A stretch of DNA of 64,000 bases from Gammaproteobacteria bacterium (lineage in GTDB: Bacteria > Pseudomonadota > Gammaproteobacteria > Steroidobacterales > Woeseiaceae): NCBI GenBank assembly GCA_009937505.1, contig JAACFJ010000006.1:4923-68922 (forward strand). The letters are read 5' to 3'. The position numbers were made by a program, and so were the translations under genes. The notes under the pieces were generated by a model, which was not told the DNA's origin, searched no databases, and saw only the letters and a program-made list of their open reading frames with translations. Below are positions 30,195 to 39,806 of this stretch, piece by piece (positions within the stretch are counted from its first letter, which is position 1; the number at the start of each line of letters is the position of its first letter).

Positions 30195-31646
30195 TCAGCG
30201 CCGCCAGAATGTCGGCGTGAACAGTACCAGCAATGTGAAGATCTCCAGACGCCCGAGCAACATGCCGGCGATCGCTATCCACTTGGCTACGTCGCTCAGC
30301 GACATGAAGCCATTCGATACATCGCCGAGCCCGGGACCGAGATTATTGAGCGTGGCGGCAACGGCGGAAAAAGCGGTTACCTGGTCGAGACCCGTAGCCA
30401 TCATGGCAAGCATCATTCCGGCGAACACGATGACGTAGATCGAAAAGAACCCCCAGACCGCGTCGACCACCCGGTACGGCACGGCCTTGTTGCCGAGCTT
30501 GACGGGGATCTCGGCCGAAGGATGGACGAGGCGCACGATCTCACGGACGCCCTGCTTGTAGACCAGCAACCAGCGAATGACCTTGATCCCTCCCGCAGTC
30601 GATCCGGCCGAGCCACCGATGAAACTCGCGAATACGAGCAGCACGGGAATAGCCGTGGGCCACATGGAGAAATCGGACGTCGTGAAGCCCGTCGTCGTCG
30701 CGATGGACACGGCCTGAAACAGCCCGTTGACGATGGCGTCGCTCGCGGTGGCAAACGTGTTGAAGTACACCAGCGCCGAGATCACCATAACCGAGATAAC
30801 CGTCAATACGAACGCGTAGGCACGGCACTCGGGATCCTGCGTGTAGTGCTTGACGGAAACGTACCGCCACGCGAAAAAATGCAGCGAAAAGTTGATGCCG
30901 GCGAAGAACATGAAAACGACCGCGACGAGACTGATCGCATTGCTGTCGAAATAGCCGATGCTGAGATCGTGTGTGGAGAAACCGCCGATGGCGACCGTGG
31001 AGAAGGCGTGGCACAGGGCGTCGAATCCGCTCATGCCCGCCAACATGTAGCCAGCCAGACAGCTGATCGTAAAACCGAGATAGACGTACCACAACGCTTT
31101 GGCGGTCTCGGTAATGCGTGGCGTCAGCTTGGTGTCCTTGACCGGACCCGGCGTCTCGGCGCGGTACAGCTGCATACCGCCGACACCCAGCATGGGCAGC
31201 ACCGCGACGGCGAGGACGATGATGCCCATGCCGCCGAGCCATTGCAGCTGTTGCCGATAATAGAGTATGGAGCGCGGTAGCTCGTCCAGGCCGGTGAGAA
31301 CCGTCGCCCCCGTGGTGGTCAGCCCGGATATCGACTCGAATATCGCATCCGTCACCGTCAACGACAGGCTGTCATCGAAATACAGCGGCGCCGCGCCGAA
31401 CGTCCCGAGCACGGTCCAGAATGAAGCGACCACCAGGAAGCCGTCACGTAGCCGCAGCTCCCTGCGTTCGCGACGCACCGGAAGCCAGCAGACAATGCCC
31501 GCCACGAGGGTCAGCGCAAAGCCCTCGATGAAGGACAGCCACGCCTGGTCGGCGTACCAGATGCTGACGAGGATCGGCGGCAGCATCGTAATGCTGAACA
31601 CCATCAGGAGCAGGCCGAGAATGCGTTGTACGACGGTCCAGTTCAT
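30195..31646 (-). CDS. trkH: Trk potassium uptake protein TrkH
   Basis: The 483-aa product shows a TrkH pattern (SGLTTTGATV, TTTGFTTSDF). Confidence 0.93.
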   Translation of the reverse strand: MNWTVVQRILGLLLMVFSITMLPPILVSIWYADQAWLSFIEGFALTLVAGIVCWLPVRRERRELRLRDGFLVVASFWTVLGTFGAAPLYFDDSLSLTVTDAIFESISGLTTTGATVLTGLDELPRSILYYRQQLQWLGGMGIIVLAVAVLPMLGVGGMQLYRAETPGPVKDTKLTPRITETAKALWYVYLGFTISCLAGYMLAGMSGFDALCHAFSTVAIGGFSTHDLSIGYFDSNAISLVAVVFMFFAGINFSLHFFAWRYVSVKHYTQDPECRAYAFVLTVISVMVISALVYFNTFATASDAIVNGLFQAVSIATTTGFTTSDFSMWPTAIPVLLVFASFIGGSAGSTAGGIKVIRWLLVYKQGVREIVRLVHPSAEIPVKLGNKAVPYRVVDAVWGFFSIYVIVFAGMMLAMMATGLDQVTAFSAVAATLNNLGPGLGDVSNGFMSLSDVAKWIAIAGMLLGRLEIFTLLVLFTPTFWRR

Positions 31647-31661
31647 CCCGTGCCAAGGTCC

Positions 31662-33038
31662 CTAGACGAACGACACGCCAACCTGGAACAGCTGCTCGAG
31701 GCGCTCTATCTTGCGTCGATCGGTCATGAAAAGAATGACGTGGTCGTCGGTCTCGATGACCGTATCGTGGTGTGCAATGATGACCTTGTCGTCGCGGACG
31801 AGCGCGACGATAGCGGTGCCCTTCGGTAGTTCGACATCTTCGATCTTGCGTCCCACGACGCGCGACTCTTTCTCCGTGCCGTGCGCGATGGCCTCGATCG
31901 CCTCAGCGGCTCCTCGCCGCAGCGAATGAACCTTGACAACGTCACCGCGGCGTACATGTGCAAGCAGTGAGCCGATCGTGACCTGCTGGGGCGAGATCGC
32001 TATGTCTATACTGCCCGCTTCTACGAGGTCGACATAAGAAGCCCGGTTGATCAGAGCCATCACCTTGTGAGCGCCGAGACGTTTCGCCAGCATCGAGCTA
32101 AGAATGTTCGCTTCTTCGGAATCGGTGATCGCACAGAACACATCGACGCTGTCGACGTTTTCCTCGAGCAACAGCTCCTCGTCGGCCGCGTCGCCGACGA
32201 GCACGATAGCGCGATTGAGCTGCTCGGAGATGGCCCTGGCCCGGCTTGTATCGCGTTCGATGATCTTGACCTGGTTGGTCTGTTCGAGCGCGAGCGCGAG
32301 GCGCACACCGATGTTGCCGCCGCCGGCTATTACAACCCGGCGCACCGGTTCCTCCAGCCGCCGCATCTCGCTCATGAAGACGCGTATGTCCTTGCGGTCG
32401 GCGATGAAGAATACTTCATCACCTTCCTGGATAACGGTTTCGCCGTCCGGGAGCATCGCCTTGCCGCGCCGGTAAATGGCGGCGATGCGGCCTTCGGTGT
32501 TCGGTACGTGCTCTTTGAGCGTTGCGATGCGCTGCCCGACGAGCAGTCCGTCGCGGTCCGCGATCACGCCGACCAGCCTTACGCGTCCGCCGGCGAAATC
32601 GAGCACCTGCGACGCACCCGGGTACAGGATCAACTGCTCCACGTACTCGCACACCAGTTGTTCCGGGCTGATGCCGACGTCGATGGGAATGGCATCCTGC
32701 GAGAACAGCTGTTTCGTATTCATGTACTCGGCGGAGCGGATACGGGCAATCTTGGTCGGAGTGTGAAACAGCGTGTACGCGATCTGGCAGGCGACCATGT
32801 TGATCTCGTCCATGTCTGTCAGGGCGACGACGATGTCAGCATCGTTGGCCCCGGCGCGGTCGAGCACCTCCGGGTAGGCTGCGTGGCCGACGACGGTGCG
32901 GATATCCAGCCGGTCCTGCAGTTCGCGCAGGACCTCGGGACGCACGTCGACGACGGTAACCTCGTTGGCCTCCTCGCGCGACAGATGGTACGCGGCGGAA
33001 GAACCAACCTGACCTGCACCGAGTATTAGAATCTTCAT
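31662..33038 (-). CDS. trkA: Trk system NAD-binding protein TrkA
   Basis: MKILILGAGQVGSS is followed by a second Rossmann repeat (VVIAGGGNIG). The product is 458 aa. Confidence 0.95.
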   Translation of the reverse strand: MKILILGAGQVGSSAAYHLSREEANEVTVVDVRPEVLRELQDRLDIRTVVGHAAYPEVLDRAGANDADIVVALTDMDEINMVACQIAYTLFHTPTKIARIRSAEYMNTKQLFSQDAIPIDVGISPEQLVCEYVEQLILYPGASQVLDFAGGRVRLVGVIADRDGLLVGQRIATLKEHVPNTEGRIAAIYRRGKAMLPDGETVIQEGDEVFFIADRKDIRVFMSEMRRLEEPVRRVVIAGGGNIGVRLALALEQTNQVKIIERDTSRARAISEQLNRAIVLVGDAADEELLLEENVDSVDVFCAITDSEEANILSSMLAKRLGAHKVMALINRASYVDLVEAGSIDIAISPQQVTIGSLLAHVRRGDVVKVHSLRRGAAEAIEAIAHGTEKESRVVGRKIEDVELPKGTAIVALVRDDKVIIAHHDTVIETDDHVILFMTDRRKIERLEQLFQVGVSFV

Positions 33039-33092
33039 TATTGTCGACAGGCTTTAGAGGGCGACACGAAGTGTCGCTGCAGTGTGGTAAGT

Positions 33093-35267
33093 CTACATCA
33101 GATCGAGATTCGCATAGGAAAGAACCAGCCATTTTGTGCCGGCCGTCTCAAAATTGACCTCGACCCTGGCGTGGGCGCCCTGCCCTTCGTAATTGAGAAT
33201 GACGCCATCGCCGAATTTTCCGTGGCGGACGCGCTGGCCGAGCCGCACGCCCATCTCGGCATCCGATGACTTCCTCAGCGAATTCGCGGACCCGGAGCGC
33301 GGCCCGCGAACCGGCCGTGATACCTGCACGCGCGGCCGGATCTCCTCGACGTAGTCGTCGGGGATCTCCGAAATGAAGCGCGATGGCTGGGAAAAACTGT
33401 CCATGCCGTGAAGGCGACGCTGCTCCGCGTAAGTCACGTACAGGGTCTGCTTCGCGCGCGTGATGCCGACGTAGCACAGGCGCCTTTCTTCCTCCAGGCC
33501 GTTCGGGTCTGCGATCGAGCGTTGATGCGGGAACAGCCCGTCTTCCATGCCGCACATGAACACCAGCGGAAACTCGAGTCCCTTGGCCGAGTGCATCGTC
33601 ATCAGCTGCGCGCAGTCTTCCCAGGCCTCGGCCTGGCCCTCGCCGGCCTCCAGGGCCGCGTGCGACAGGAATTCGTCGAGAGGCGACATCTCGCCGGCCG
33701 GATCCGGCTCGAAACTCTTCGCAGCGCTTACCAGCTCCATCAGGTTTTCGAGCTTGGTTTCGCCGCGTTCGCCCTTGTCGTTGCGGAACATCTCGACGAG
33801 GCCACTGGCATGGATCACGTGGTCGACCTTGTCCTGCAGGTCGAGCCCCGTCGTCTCGCGCGCCATGCGCTCGATGAGATTAATGAAAGCGAGTACCGCA
33901 TTGGCTGCGCGGCCCGCAAGCTCATCGCTCGCCACTGCTCCGGCGGCGCGCCACATTGTGCAGCTGTTGGCCCGCGCATAAGCCCGCATGATCTCGACCG
34001 TGCGGGCGCCGATACCGCGTGTCGGCCGGTTTACGATGCGCTCGAAAGATGCGTCGTCCTCGCGATGCGAGATAAGCCTCAGGTAGGCGAGCGCATCCTT
34101 GATCTCGGCGCGCTCGAAGAAGCGCAGTCCGCCGTAGACGCGGTATGGGATGCCCGCGTTGATGAGCCCTTCTTCGAGTACCCGGGACTGGGCGTTCGAG
34201 CGGTACAGGATCGCCGCATCGGCGCGAGCATTGCCCTGGTCGATCCAGTCGCGCAGCCGGCCGATGACGAAGTCGGCTTCATCGCGCTCGTTGTAAGCCG
34301 CATAAAGCCTTATCGGTTCACCCTCGGCGCCCTCGGTCCACAGGTTCTTGCCCATGCGGTCGGCGTTGTTGGCGATAACGGCATTGGCAGCATTGAGGAT
34401 GGTGGCTGTCGAACGGTAGTTCTGCTCCAGTTTCACGACCGTCGCGCTCGGGAAGTCACGTTGGAAGCGGTGTATATGTTCGACACGCGCACCGCGCCAG
34501 CGATAAATTGACTGGTCGTCATCTCCGACGACGAAGGGGATGGCCGCATTATCGCCCGCGAGCAGCCGCAGCCACGCATACTGGATCGCATTGGTGTCCT
34601 GGAACTCATCCACGAGCAAGTGCTGGAAGCGCCGCTGGTAGTGGGCCAGGAGGTCGGGGTTGTCGCGCCATAGCTCGTGCGCCCGCAAGAGAAGCTCCGC
34701 GAAATCCACGAGCCCGCCGCGCTGACAGATCTCCTCGTAGGCCGCGTAGAGCGCGATCATCTGCCTGCGGTTCGGGTCCCGCTCGTCGTCGAGATGCTGC
34801 GGCCGCAGGCCTTCATCCTTTTGCGCATTGATGAACCACTGGATCTCTTTGGGCACCCAGCGGCTGTCGTCGATCTCGAGGTTCTTCAACAGGCGCTTGA
34901 TCAGGCGCAGCTGGTCGTCCGAATCGATAATCTGGAAGTTCTGCGGCAGCTTCGCTTCCTGCCAGTGCCGCCGCAGCAGGCGATGAGCGAGGCCGTGAAA
35001 CGTGCCGATCCACAGGTGGCTGACCGGCATGTCGAGCAGCGCCTCGATACGGCCGCGCATCTCCCCCGCCGCCTTGTTGGTAAACGTGACGGCGAGCAAG
35101 CCCTGTGGCGACACGCCCTCGACATCGATCAGCCACGCGGCCCGGTGTACGAGCACGCGCGTCTTGCCGCTGCCGGCGCCGGCGATTACCAGGGTCGGTT
35201 CTGCGGGGGCCGTGACGGCTTGCCGCTGCGCGTCGTTGAGGGATTCGAGAATCGGGGTGACGTCCAT
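33093..35267 (-). CDS. uvrD: DNA helicase II (UvrD family)
   Basis: LNDAQRQAV...AGAGSGKTRVL, VDEFQDTN and further SF1 helicase motifs are present, plus a C-terminal tudor-like tail. The ATG at 35267 gives 724 aa. Confidence 0.93.
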   Translation of the reverse strand: MDVTPILESLNDAQRQAVTAPAEPTLVIAGAGSGKTRVLVHRAAWLIDVEGVSPQGLLAVTFTNKAAGEMRGRIEALLDMPVSHLWIGTFHGLAHRLLRRHWQEAKLPQNFQIIDSDDQLRLIKRLLKNLEIDDSRWVPKEIQWFINAQKDEGLRPQHLDDERDPNRRQMIALYAAYEEICQRGGLVDFAELLLRAHELWRDNPDLLAHYQRRFQHLLVDEFQDTNAIQYAWLRLLAGDNAAIPFVVGDDDQSIYRWRGARVEHIHRFQRDFPSATVVKLEQNYRSTATILNAANAVIANNADRMGKNLWTEGAEGEPIRLYAAYNERDEADFVIGRLRDWIDQGNARADAAILYRSNAQSRVLEEGLINAGIPYRVYGGLRFFERAEIKDALAYLRLISHREDDASFERIVNRPTRGIGARTVEIMRAYARANSCTMWRAAGAVASDELAGRAANAVLAFINLIERMARETTGLDLQDKVDHVIHASGLVEMFRNDKGERGETKLENLMELVSAAKSFEPDPAGEMSPLDEFLSHAALEAGEGQAEAWEDCAQLMTMHSAKGLEFPLVFMCGMEDGLFPHQRSIADPNGLEEERRLCYVGITRAKQTLYVTYAEQRRLHGMDSFSQPSRFISEIPDDYVEEIRPRVQVSRPVRGPRSGSANSLRKSSDAEMGVRLGQRVRHGKFGDGVILNYEGQGAHARVEVNFETAGTKWLVLSYANLDLM

Positions 35268-35352
35268 GAAGCGCGCAAGTTTAGCAGGATTGCGCACGGA
35301 TTCGGGCGTCGAGAAAACCGCGTCTGGGGGGGCAAAGATCGGCCGGGAACGA

Positions 35353-36948
35353 CTAGTCCTGGCGCCAGACGAAGCCCAGCGAGTAGCGGCCGCGCTCGTA
35401 CTGGATGCGCGTGTCGTTCGACACGAAATCGTCGAAACGGCCTTCCAGCGCAACGCTGAACCGGGGCGTTATCCGGTAGCTGAGCGTGGCGTCCGCCCTG
35501 GCAGTTTCGAGAGTCTTGGTAGGCAGCAACGGGTTGTTGAACGCGAATGCGTTCTCGTAGTTGTAGTTGCGGTAATACCCGGAGAGCTCCAGGTCGAAGC
35601 GCGCGCCCGGGGACCAGTGAAACTCGAACTCGTAATGATCGCGGACGTAATTGCCATATCCGGCGTAACGGTCCTCACGATCGACACGTTCGTATTCGAA
35701 GCCGACCCACATGCTCCTGGTTATGCGTTGCCTCGCGAGCAGTGAAAGCCCGATGTAGTCGTAGCGAACGCCCTGGTTACCGATCGGCTGGGTGCCGTCA
35801 GGCTCGAAGGAGGGGCGGTCGCTGTACCGTCGGCTGAATTTTTCCGCCGTAACGCGCAGGAGCGACGTTTTCGTGAACGAATACTGCGTGTGAAGACTGA
35901 AGAGAAAATACTCGTGGTCGTACGACGGCACGACCTCGACATCCTCATAATCATACAGGTAGCCCTTGGCCACCAACCCGAGGGCGAGTTTCCCCCGGCG
36001 CTGACGGAAGCGGATATCCGGCCCATAGCGCGTGTAGTTCATGCGATCGCCGATATCCACGCCACCGACTGCCCGCGGCAGGCCGTCGTCGGGGTCGTAG
36101 TAGACACCGTCGCGCTGCGCGAAGCGGAAGGAGCTGAAGACTTCGCGCTTGCGACCCTCCTCCTTGCGGACGTACTCGTTGCCAACACGCAGCTCGTGCC
36201 GGAACTCGTCCGCGTCGCTCTGGTTACGGTCCTGGTAGTAATCGCCGGACGCGCGATACGCTGCGTAAAACCCTTCGAACCGGTAGGTATTGATTGTGTA
36301 TTTCGCGCCCATGTCGTAAGGAAGATAGCTGCCGGTCTGGGCCACGGGCACGATGAGCGGCAGGTTCGGGTTCGCGAAATCGATGTATGGCTCGGACGGT
36401 GAGCGAAAAACATTGGTGTCATTGCCGTAGCCGACACTGGCGAAGTAGCTGAAGTCGAAAATATCCCGTTCTTTTTGCTCTGCCACGCGCTGCTGGTAGA
36501 CGGGGTCTTCAGCGCGTTCGCCGCGCCGGATGCGCGCGATCGCGGTGCGGGCGAGGCCCGATAATTCCTCGCTGGTGCCCTGGTCGCGGGCGTAGCGGAA
36601 CCAGCCCAGCGCCTCGTCGTTATCGCCTAACGCGTAGGCATTCAGGCCGAGGTTGTAATGTGCGAGCTGCCGCAGCGATGGGGAGCGAGTCGCTTTCTGC
36701 AGCGACTCACGGGCCCGGATGTGCTGACCCGCTTTGTAATGCGCAACGCCGGTGTTGTAGTGCAGCAGTGGGGTGTCCATCCCTGCTTCGGTGGCCTGCC
36801 CGTAGCGCAACAGCGCAGCCCAGTAGAGGTCGTCACGAAACAGCCGGTTGCCATCTTTGAATAGATCCTCGGCGCTCATTGCGGCCGCGGTGCCGCTCGT
36901 GAGCAGGCACATCAGGGCGACTGCGACGGCTATGGTTCGCGCCGGCAT
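35353..36948 (-). CDS. Outer-membrane protein with an N-terminal TPR domain and a C-terminal beta-barrel (Slam/DUF560-like or PgaA/BcsC-like architecture; family not resolved)
   Basis: It has a signal peptide and about 130 aa of TPR-like helices (LYWAALLRYGQA..., HYNTGVAHYKAG, AHYNLGLNAYALGDNDEAL). About 370 aa then show alternating aromatic/polar beta-strand patterning, rich in Y, R, D and G. Confidence 0.6.
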   Translation of the reverse strand: MPARTIAVAVALMCLLTSGTAAAMSAEDLFKDGNRLFRDDLYWAALLRYGQATEAGMDTPLLHYNTGVAHYKAGQHIRARESLQKATRSPSLRQLAHYNLGLNAYALGDNDEALGWFRYARDQGTSEELSGLARTAIARIRRGERAEDPVYQQRVAEQKERDIFDFSYFASVGYGNDTNVFRSPSEPYIDFANPNLPLIVPVAQTGSYLPYDMGAKYTINTYRFEGFYAAYRASGDYYQDRNQSDADEFRHELRVGNEYVRKEEGRKREVFSSFRFAQRDGVYYDPDDGLPRAVGGVDIGDRMNYTRYGPDIRFRQRRGKLALGLVAKGYLYDYEDVEVVPSYDHEYFLFSLHTQYSFTKTSLLRVTAEKFSRRYSDRPSFEPDGTQPIGNQGVRYDYIGLSLLARQRITRSMWVGFEYERVDREDRYAGYGNYVRDHYEFEFHWSPGARFDLELSGYYRNYNYENAFAFNNPLLPTKTLETARADATLSYRITPRFSVALEGRFDDFVSNDTRIQYERGRYSLGFVWRQD

Positions 36949-37146
36949 GCCGATTCCAGGTTTATTGAGTGCGGCGGTAATTCGCTGAGTTTCCGTATCG
37001 CGTTATGTCAGATCGCCAAAATGCCCCATATTCGCCACGAAAACTATGACGTAGTGCAAGAAAATCCCCCTGGGTGGTCACCACCCAGGGGGATTGCTGC
37101 GGATTGCGCCTGATTTACGTCAGGCGGGAGGCTTTTCAGCGTGACA

Positions 37147-37725
37147 TCAATCGTCCGTTGGGTCGTCACCTTCCTCGCTTCCGTCATCGTCACCGAGGTC
37201 ATCTTCCATGTCGTCCTCGACGCCATCCTCTTCAAAGCCGGTGTCGTCTTCGGGCTCTTCTTCATCGCCCTCCATGTCGTCCTCTTCTTCGTCGTACTCG
37301 TCTTCCTCGATGTCTTCGCCTTCCTCGTGATCGTGCTCATCGTCATCGATCTCGTCGACATCGTCGATTTCTTCGTCACTCTCGAAATCGTCGTCCCGCC
37401 CGTCATCGAAGTCTTCGGCGTCGTCGTCGCCATCTTCGTCATCGAAGTCTTCGTCCTCGCCGGACTCGTGTTCCTCTTCATGCTCTGACTCGTCCTCGGA
37501 TTCATCGTCATCCTCGGGCTCGTCTTCGTCCCAGTCGTCCTCGTCGTCTTCCGGGCCCCGCATCTCGATCATCTCGTCAATGTCGTCATCGAGATCGCCG
37601 TCGTCATCGAGCACTTCCATCATGACGTCGAGATCGTCGAGGTCATCGTCGGCGCGCACGGCGGCCGGCAGGAACGCGAAACACGTCAGCACCAGGACCG
37701 CTATAAATACGTTGAAATGCTTCAT
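37147..37725 (-). CDS. Secreted, extremely acidic (poly-Asp/Glu) low-complexity protein
   Basis: A Sec signal (MKHFNVFIAVLVLTCFAFLPAAVRA) is followed by 167 residues. By my count about two-thirds of these are D or E, with only 2 Arg, no Lys and 4 His in D/E-H patches. It is co-directional with the ECF sigma/anti-sigma pair upstream and the TPR-barrel gene downstream. Confidence 0.65.
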   Translation of the reverse strand: MKHFNVFIAVLVLTCFAFLPAAVRADDDLDDLDVMMEVLDDDGDLDDDIDEMIEMRGPEDDEDDWDEDEPEDDDESEDESEHEEEHESGEDEDFDDEDGDDDAEDFDDGRDDDFESDEEIDDVDEIDDDEHDHEEGEDIEEDEYDEEEDDMEGDEEEPEDDTGFEEDGVEDDMEDDLGDDDGSEEGDDPTDD

Positions 37726-37772
37726 GGCTTTACTCCCTCAATTTCTTCCTGGACATCCAGTCCAGCCGTGAA

Positions 37773-38306
37773 TCAGGATACGTCGACCCGTAACCGGAAC
37801 GTCCGGTTGCGGTCGTCATGTTCGAGGCGGGCCAGCAGTTCGCCGCCGGCCGGCGTCAGTGCTATCAGCGTCAGCGGTAACAGGTTCTTGCCTTCCTGCA
37901 GGCTCGTCTCCCAGGTTATTTCGCGCTGCCCGGGGAAACCGGCCAGTTCGATGCCTTCGGGCAACGAGACCGTCAACGTTGCCGAGTCAAGCGCCTCGGC
38001 GGATGCGAATACCAGCCGCACGGTGTGTTCCTGTTCCATTGCGATGGTCACGCCGGGTATCGTGGGCGCTGCGTCCGGCAGCTGCGGCGTTGTCATCAGC
38101 ATCGCCGTAACTGCCCAGATCGCGAGTCCCGCCGCGATCGCGGAGCCGAAGCCGGCCAGTATCCAGCGATTGCGCTGACGGCGCGAGCCCTTGTGTACGG
38201 CACGCACGAGCGCCCGATCGTAGAATCCTGCTTCAGCTTCCGGCACCGTGTAATCCTTTAACAAGTCGAGGAGTTCCTGCTCCTCCATGTTGTCTCTGTT
38301 GTTCAT
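37773..38306 (-). CDS. Putative single-pass anti-sigma factor (non-ZAS)
   Basis: It lies immediately downstream of the ECF sigma gene (36-nt gap). It has a roughly 50-aa cytoplasmic N-terminus, one transmembrane helix (WILAGFGSAIAAGLAIWAVTAML) and a roughly 105-aa periplasmic domain. No HxxxCxxC motif is present. Confidence 0.55.
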   Translation of the reverse strand: MNNRDNMEEQELLDLLKDYTVPEAEAGFYDRALVRAVHKGSRRQRNRWILAGFGSAIAAGLAIWAVTAMLMTTPQLPDAAPTIPGVTIAMEQEHTVRLVFASAEALDSATLTVSLPEGIELAGFPGQREITWETSLQEGKNLLPLTLIALTPAGGELLARLEHDDRNRTFRLRVDVS

Positions 38307-38342
38307 CGCATTTGTCCTGTCTGATCCATTACACGCCAGTCA

Positions 38343-38882
38343 TCAGGAAATGGTTCCATCGTTTTCCAGGATTTGACGTAACCTCGCCCGGGCCCTGTGG
38401 AGCCGTGACTTGATGGTACCAACCGGGGTCCCCGTCATGCCCTCGATCTCCTCCAGCTTGTACCCCTCGGTGTCGTGCAGCAGAACGACGAGGCGGTGTT
38501 CCTCACTGAGTTGCTGCAGTGCCGCATCCAGCCGCCGGAATTTCTCCAGCCGTTCCCGGTCATCGACCGGATCGAGATCGCCGGCCAGGTCGGCAAGCCC
38601 CTGCCCCGGCAGATGCCCCTCGTCGACGAGGTGCATGCGCTGACGGGCAAAGCGGCGGTGTTGATCGACGAACTGGTTGTACATCACGCGGCACAACCAC
38701 GAGCCGGGTTCCTCGATATTGACGAGTTCGTCGAGCTTGCCGAATGCCTTGATCAGCAGCTCCTGGAACAGGTCTTCGGCTTCGGGCTTGGTGCCGGTGA
38801 GCCGCCACGCCAGCCGGTAAAGGCGGTCGAAATGCGGTCGCACCAGGCGTTCGAAAACCTCGGTTTGGTGTGGGTCGGTCAT
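38343..38882 (-). CDS. ECF (sigma-70 family, group IV) RNA polymerase sigma factor
   Basis: Region 2 reads FERLVRPHFDRLYRLAWRLTG...AEDLFQELLIKAF...YNQFVDQHRR. Region 4 reads LSEEHRLVVLLHDTEGYKLEEIEGMTGTPVGTIKSRLHRAR. The product is 179 aa from the internal ATG. Confidence 0.9.
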   Translation of the reverse strand: MTDPHQTEVFERLVRPHFDRLYRLAWRLTGTKPEAEDLFQELLIKAFGKLDELVNIEEPGSWLCRVMYNQFVDQHRRFARQRMHLVDEGHLPGQGLADLAGDLDPVDDRERLEKFRRLDAALQQLSEEHRLVVLLHDTEGYKLEEIEGMTGTPVGTIKSRLHRARARLRQILENDGTIS

Positions 38883-38963
38883 CGCACCGCTGAGTGTATA
38901 GCTACTGTCACCCCCTTCGGCAAGGACGTGTCCTGCTATTCTTGCAGAAAAGCAGCGGTTTTG

Positions 38964-39806
38964 ATGAAAACAAACACACTCATATTGACGGCGGCCGCCA
39001 TGATGGCTTTTGCTGCGAATTCGGTCCTGTGCCGGCTTGCCCTGGGTGCAGGGCTCATTGACGCGGCCAGCTTCGCCACGGTCCGAACGATCTCCGGGGC
39101 GGTCATGCTCGGCGCCATCCTGCTCCTGAGACGCAAGGCGGTAACCGCGAAACCGGACTGGCGTTCCGCGCTGACGCTGTATCTCTACATGGTGTTTTTC
39201 GCGTTTGCCTACCTGTCGCTGAGTGCGGGCACGGGCGCCTTGATCCTGTTCGGCGCCGTGCAACTGACGATGTTCACCATGGCATTGCGCTCGGGAGAAC
39301 ATTTCTCCGCCATATCCTGGGCCGGTCTGGTCCTCGCAATCGCGGGTCTCGTGTATCTCGTGTCGCCGGGCCTGACCGCGCCGGATCCGCTGGGTGCCGC
39401 CCTGATGACGATCGCCGGCATCTCCTGGGGTTTCTATTCGCTCGTCGGACGATCCTCGGGAGACCCGACCGAAGCGACCGCGCACAACTTCCTGTATGCC
39501 GTGCCGCTGGTGGTGGTGACGAACCTCGTATTCATCGCCGGCTTCGAGGTGACGGCTGCGGGTGCCGCCTATGCGGTCGCCTCCGGCGCTATCGCGTCGG
39601 GAATCGGCTACACGATCTGGTATGCGGCGCTAAAGGGACTGACTGGCACCGGGGCTGCCACGGTGCAACTCTCCGTGCCCGTCATTGCGGCCATGGGCGG
39701 GGTGCTCTTGCTGTCGGAAGCCGTGACGCTGCGCCTCATTGTCGCCTCTGCAGCGACCCTTGGCGGGGTGGCGCTCGTTCTCACCCAGAGAAACCGGTCG
39801 AGTTAA
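38964..39806 (+). CDS. DMT superfamily (EamA-like) transporter
   Basis: The product is 280 aa with about 10 transmembrane helices and two EamA-like halves. The ATG at 38964 lies inside the longer track ORF. Confidence 0.85.
   Translation: MKTNTLILTAAAMMAFAANSVLCRLALGAGLIDAASFATVRTISGAVMLGAILLLRRKAVTAKPDWRSALTLYLYMVFFAFAYLSLSAGTGALILFGAVQLTMFTMALRSGEHFSAISWAGLVLAIAGLVYLVSPGLTAPDPLGAALMTIAGISWGFYSLVGRSSGDPTEATAHNFLYAVPLVVVTNLVFIAGFEVTAAGAAYAVASGAIASGIGYTIWYAALKGLTGTGAATVQLSVPVIAAMGGVLLLSEAVTLRLIVASAATLGGVALVLTQRNRSS

Noticed and set aside
37044-37625. Three ORFs overlap the polyacidic gene: 37044-37511 (-), 37074-37625 (+) and 37141-37488 (+).
   Set aside because: They are by-products of the GA(Y/R) repeat in other frames, giving poly-Thr/Lys/Met, poly-Arg/His/Pro and poly-Val/Phe/Ile products. 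Only the 37147-37725 frame has a proper signal peptide and fits the operon spacing.
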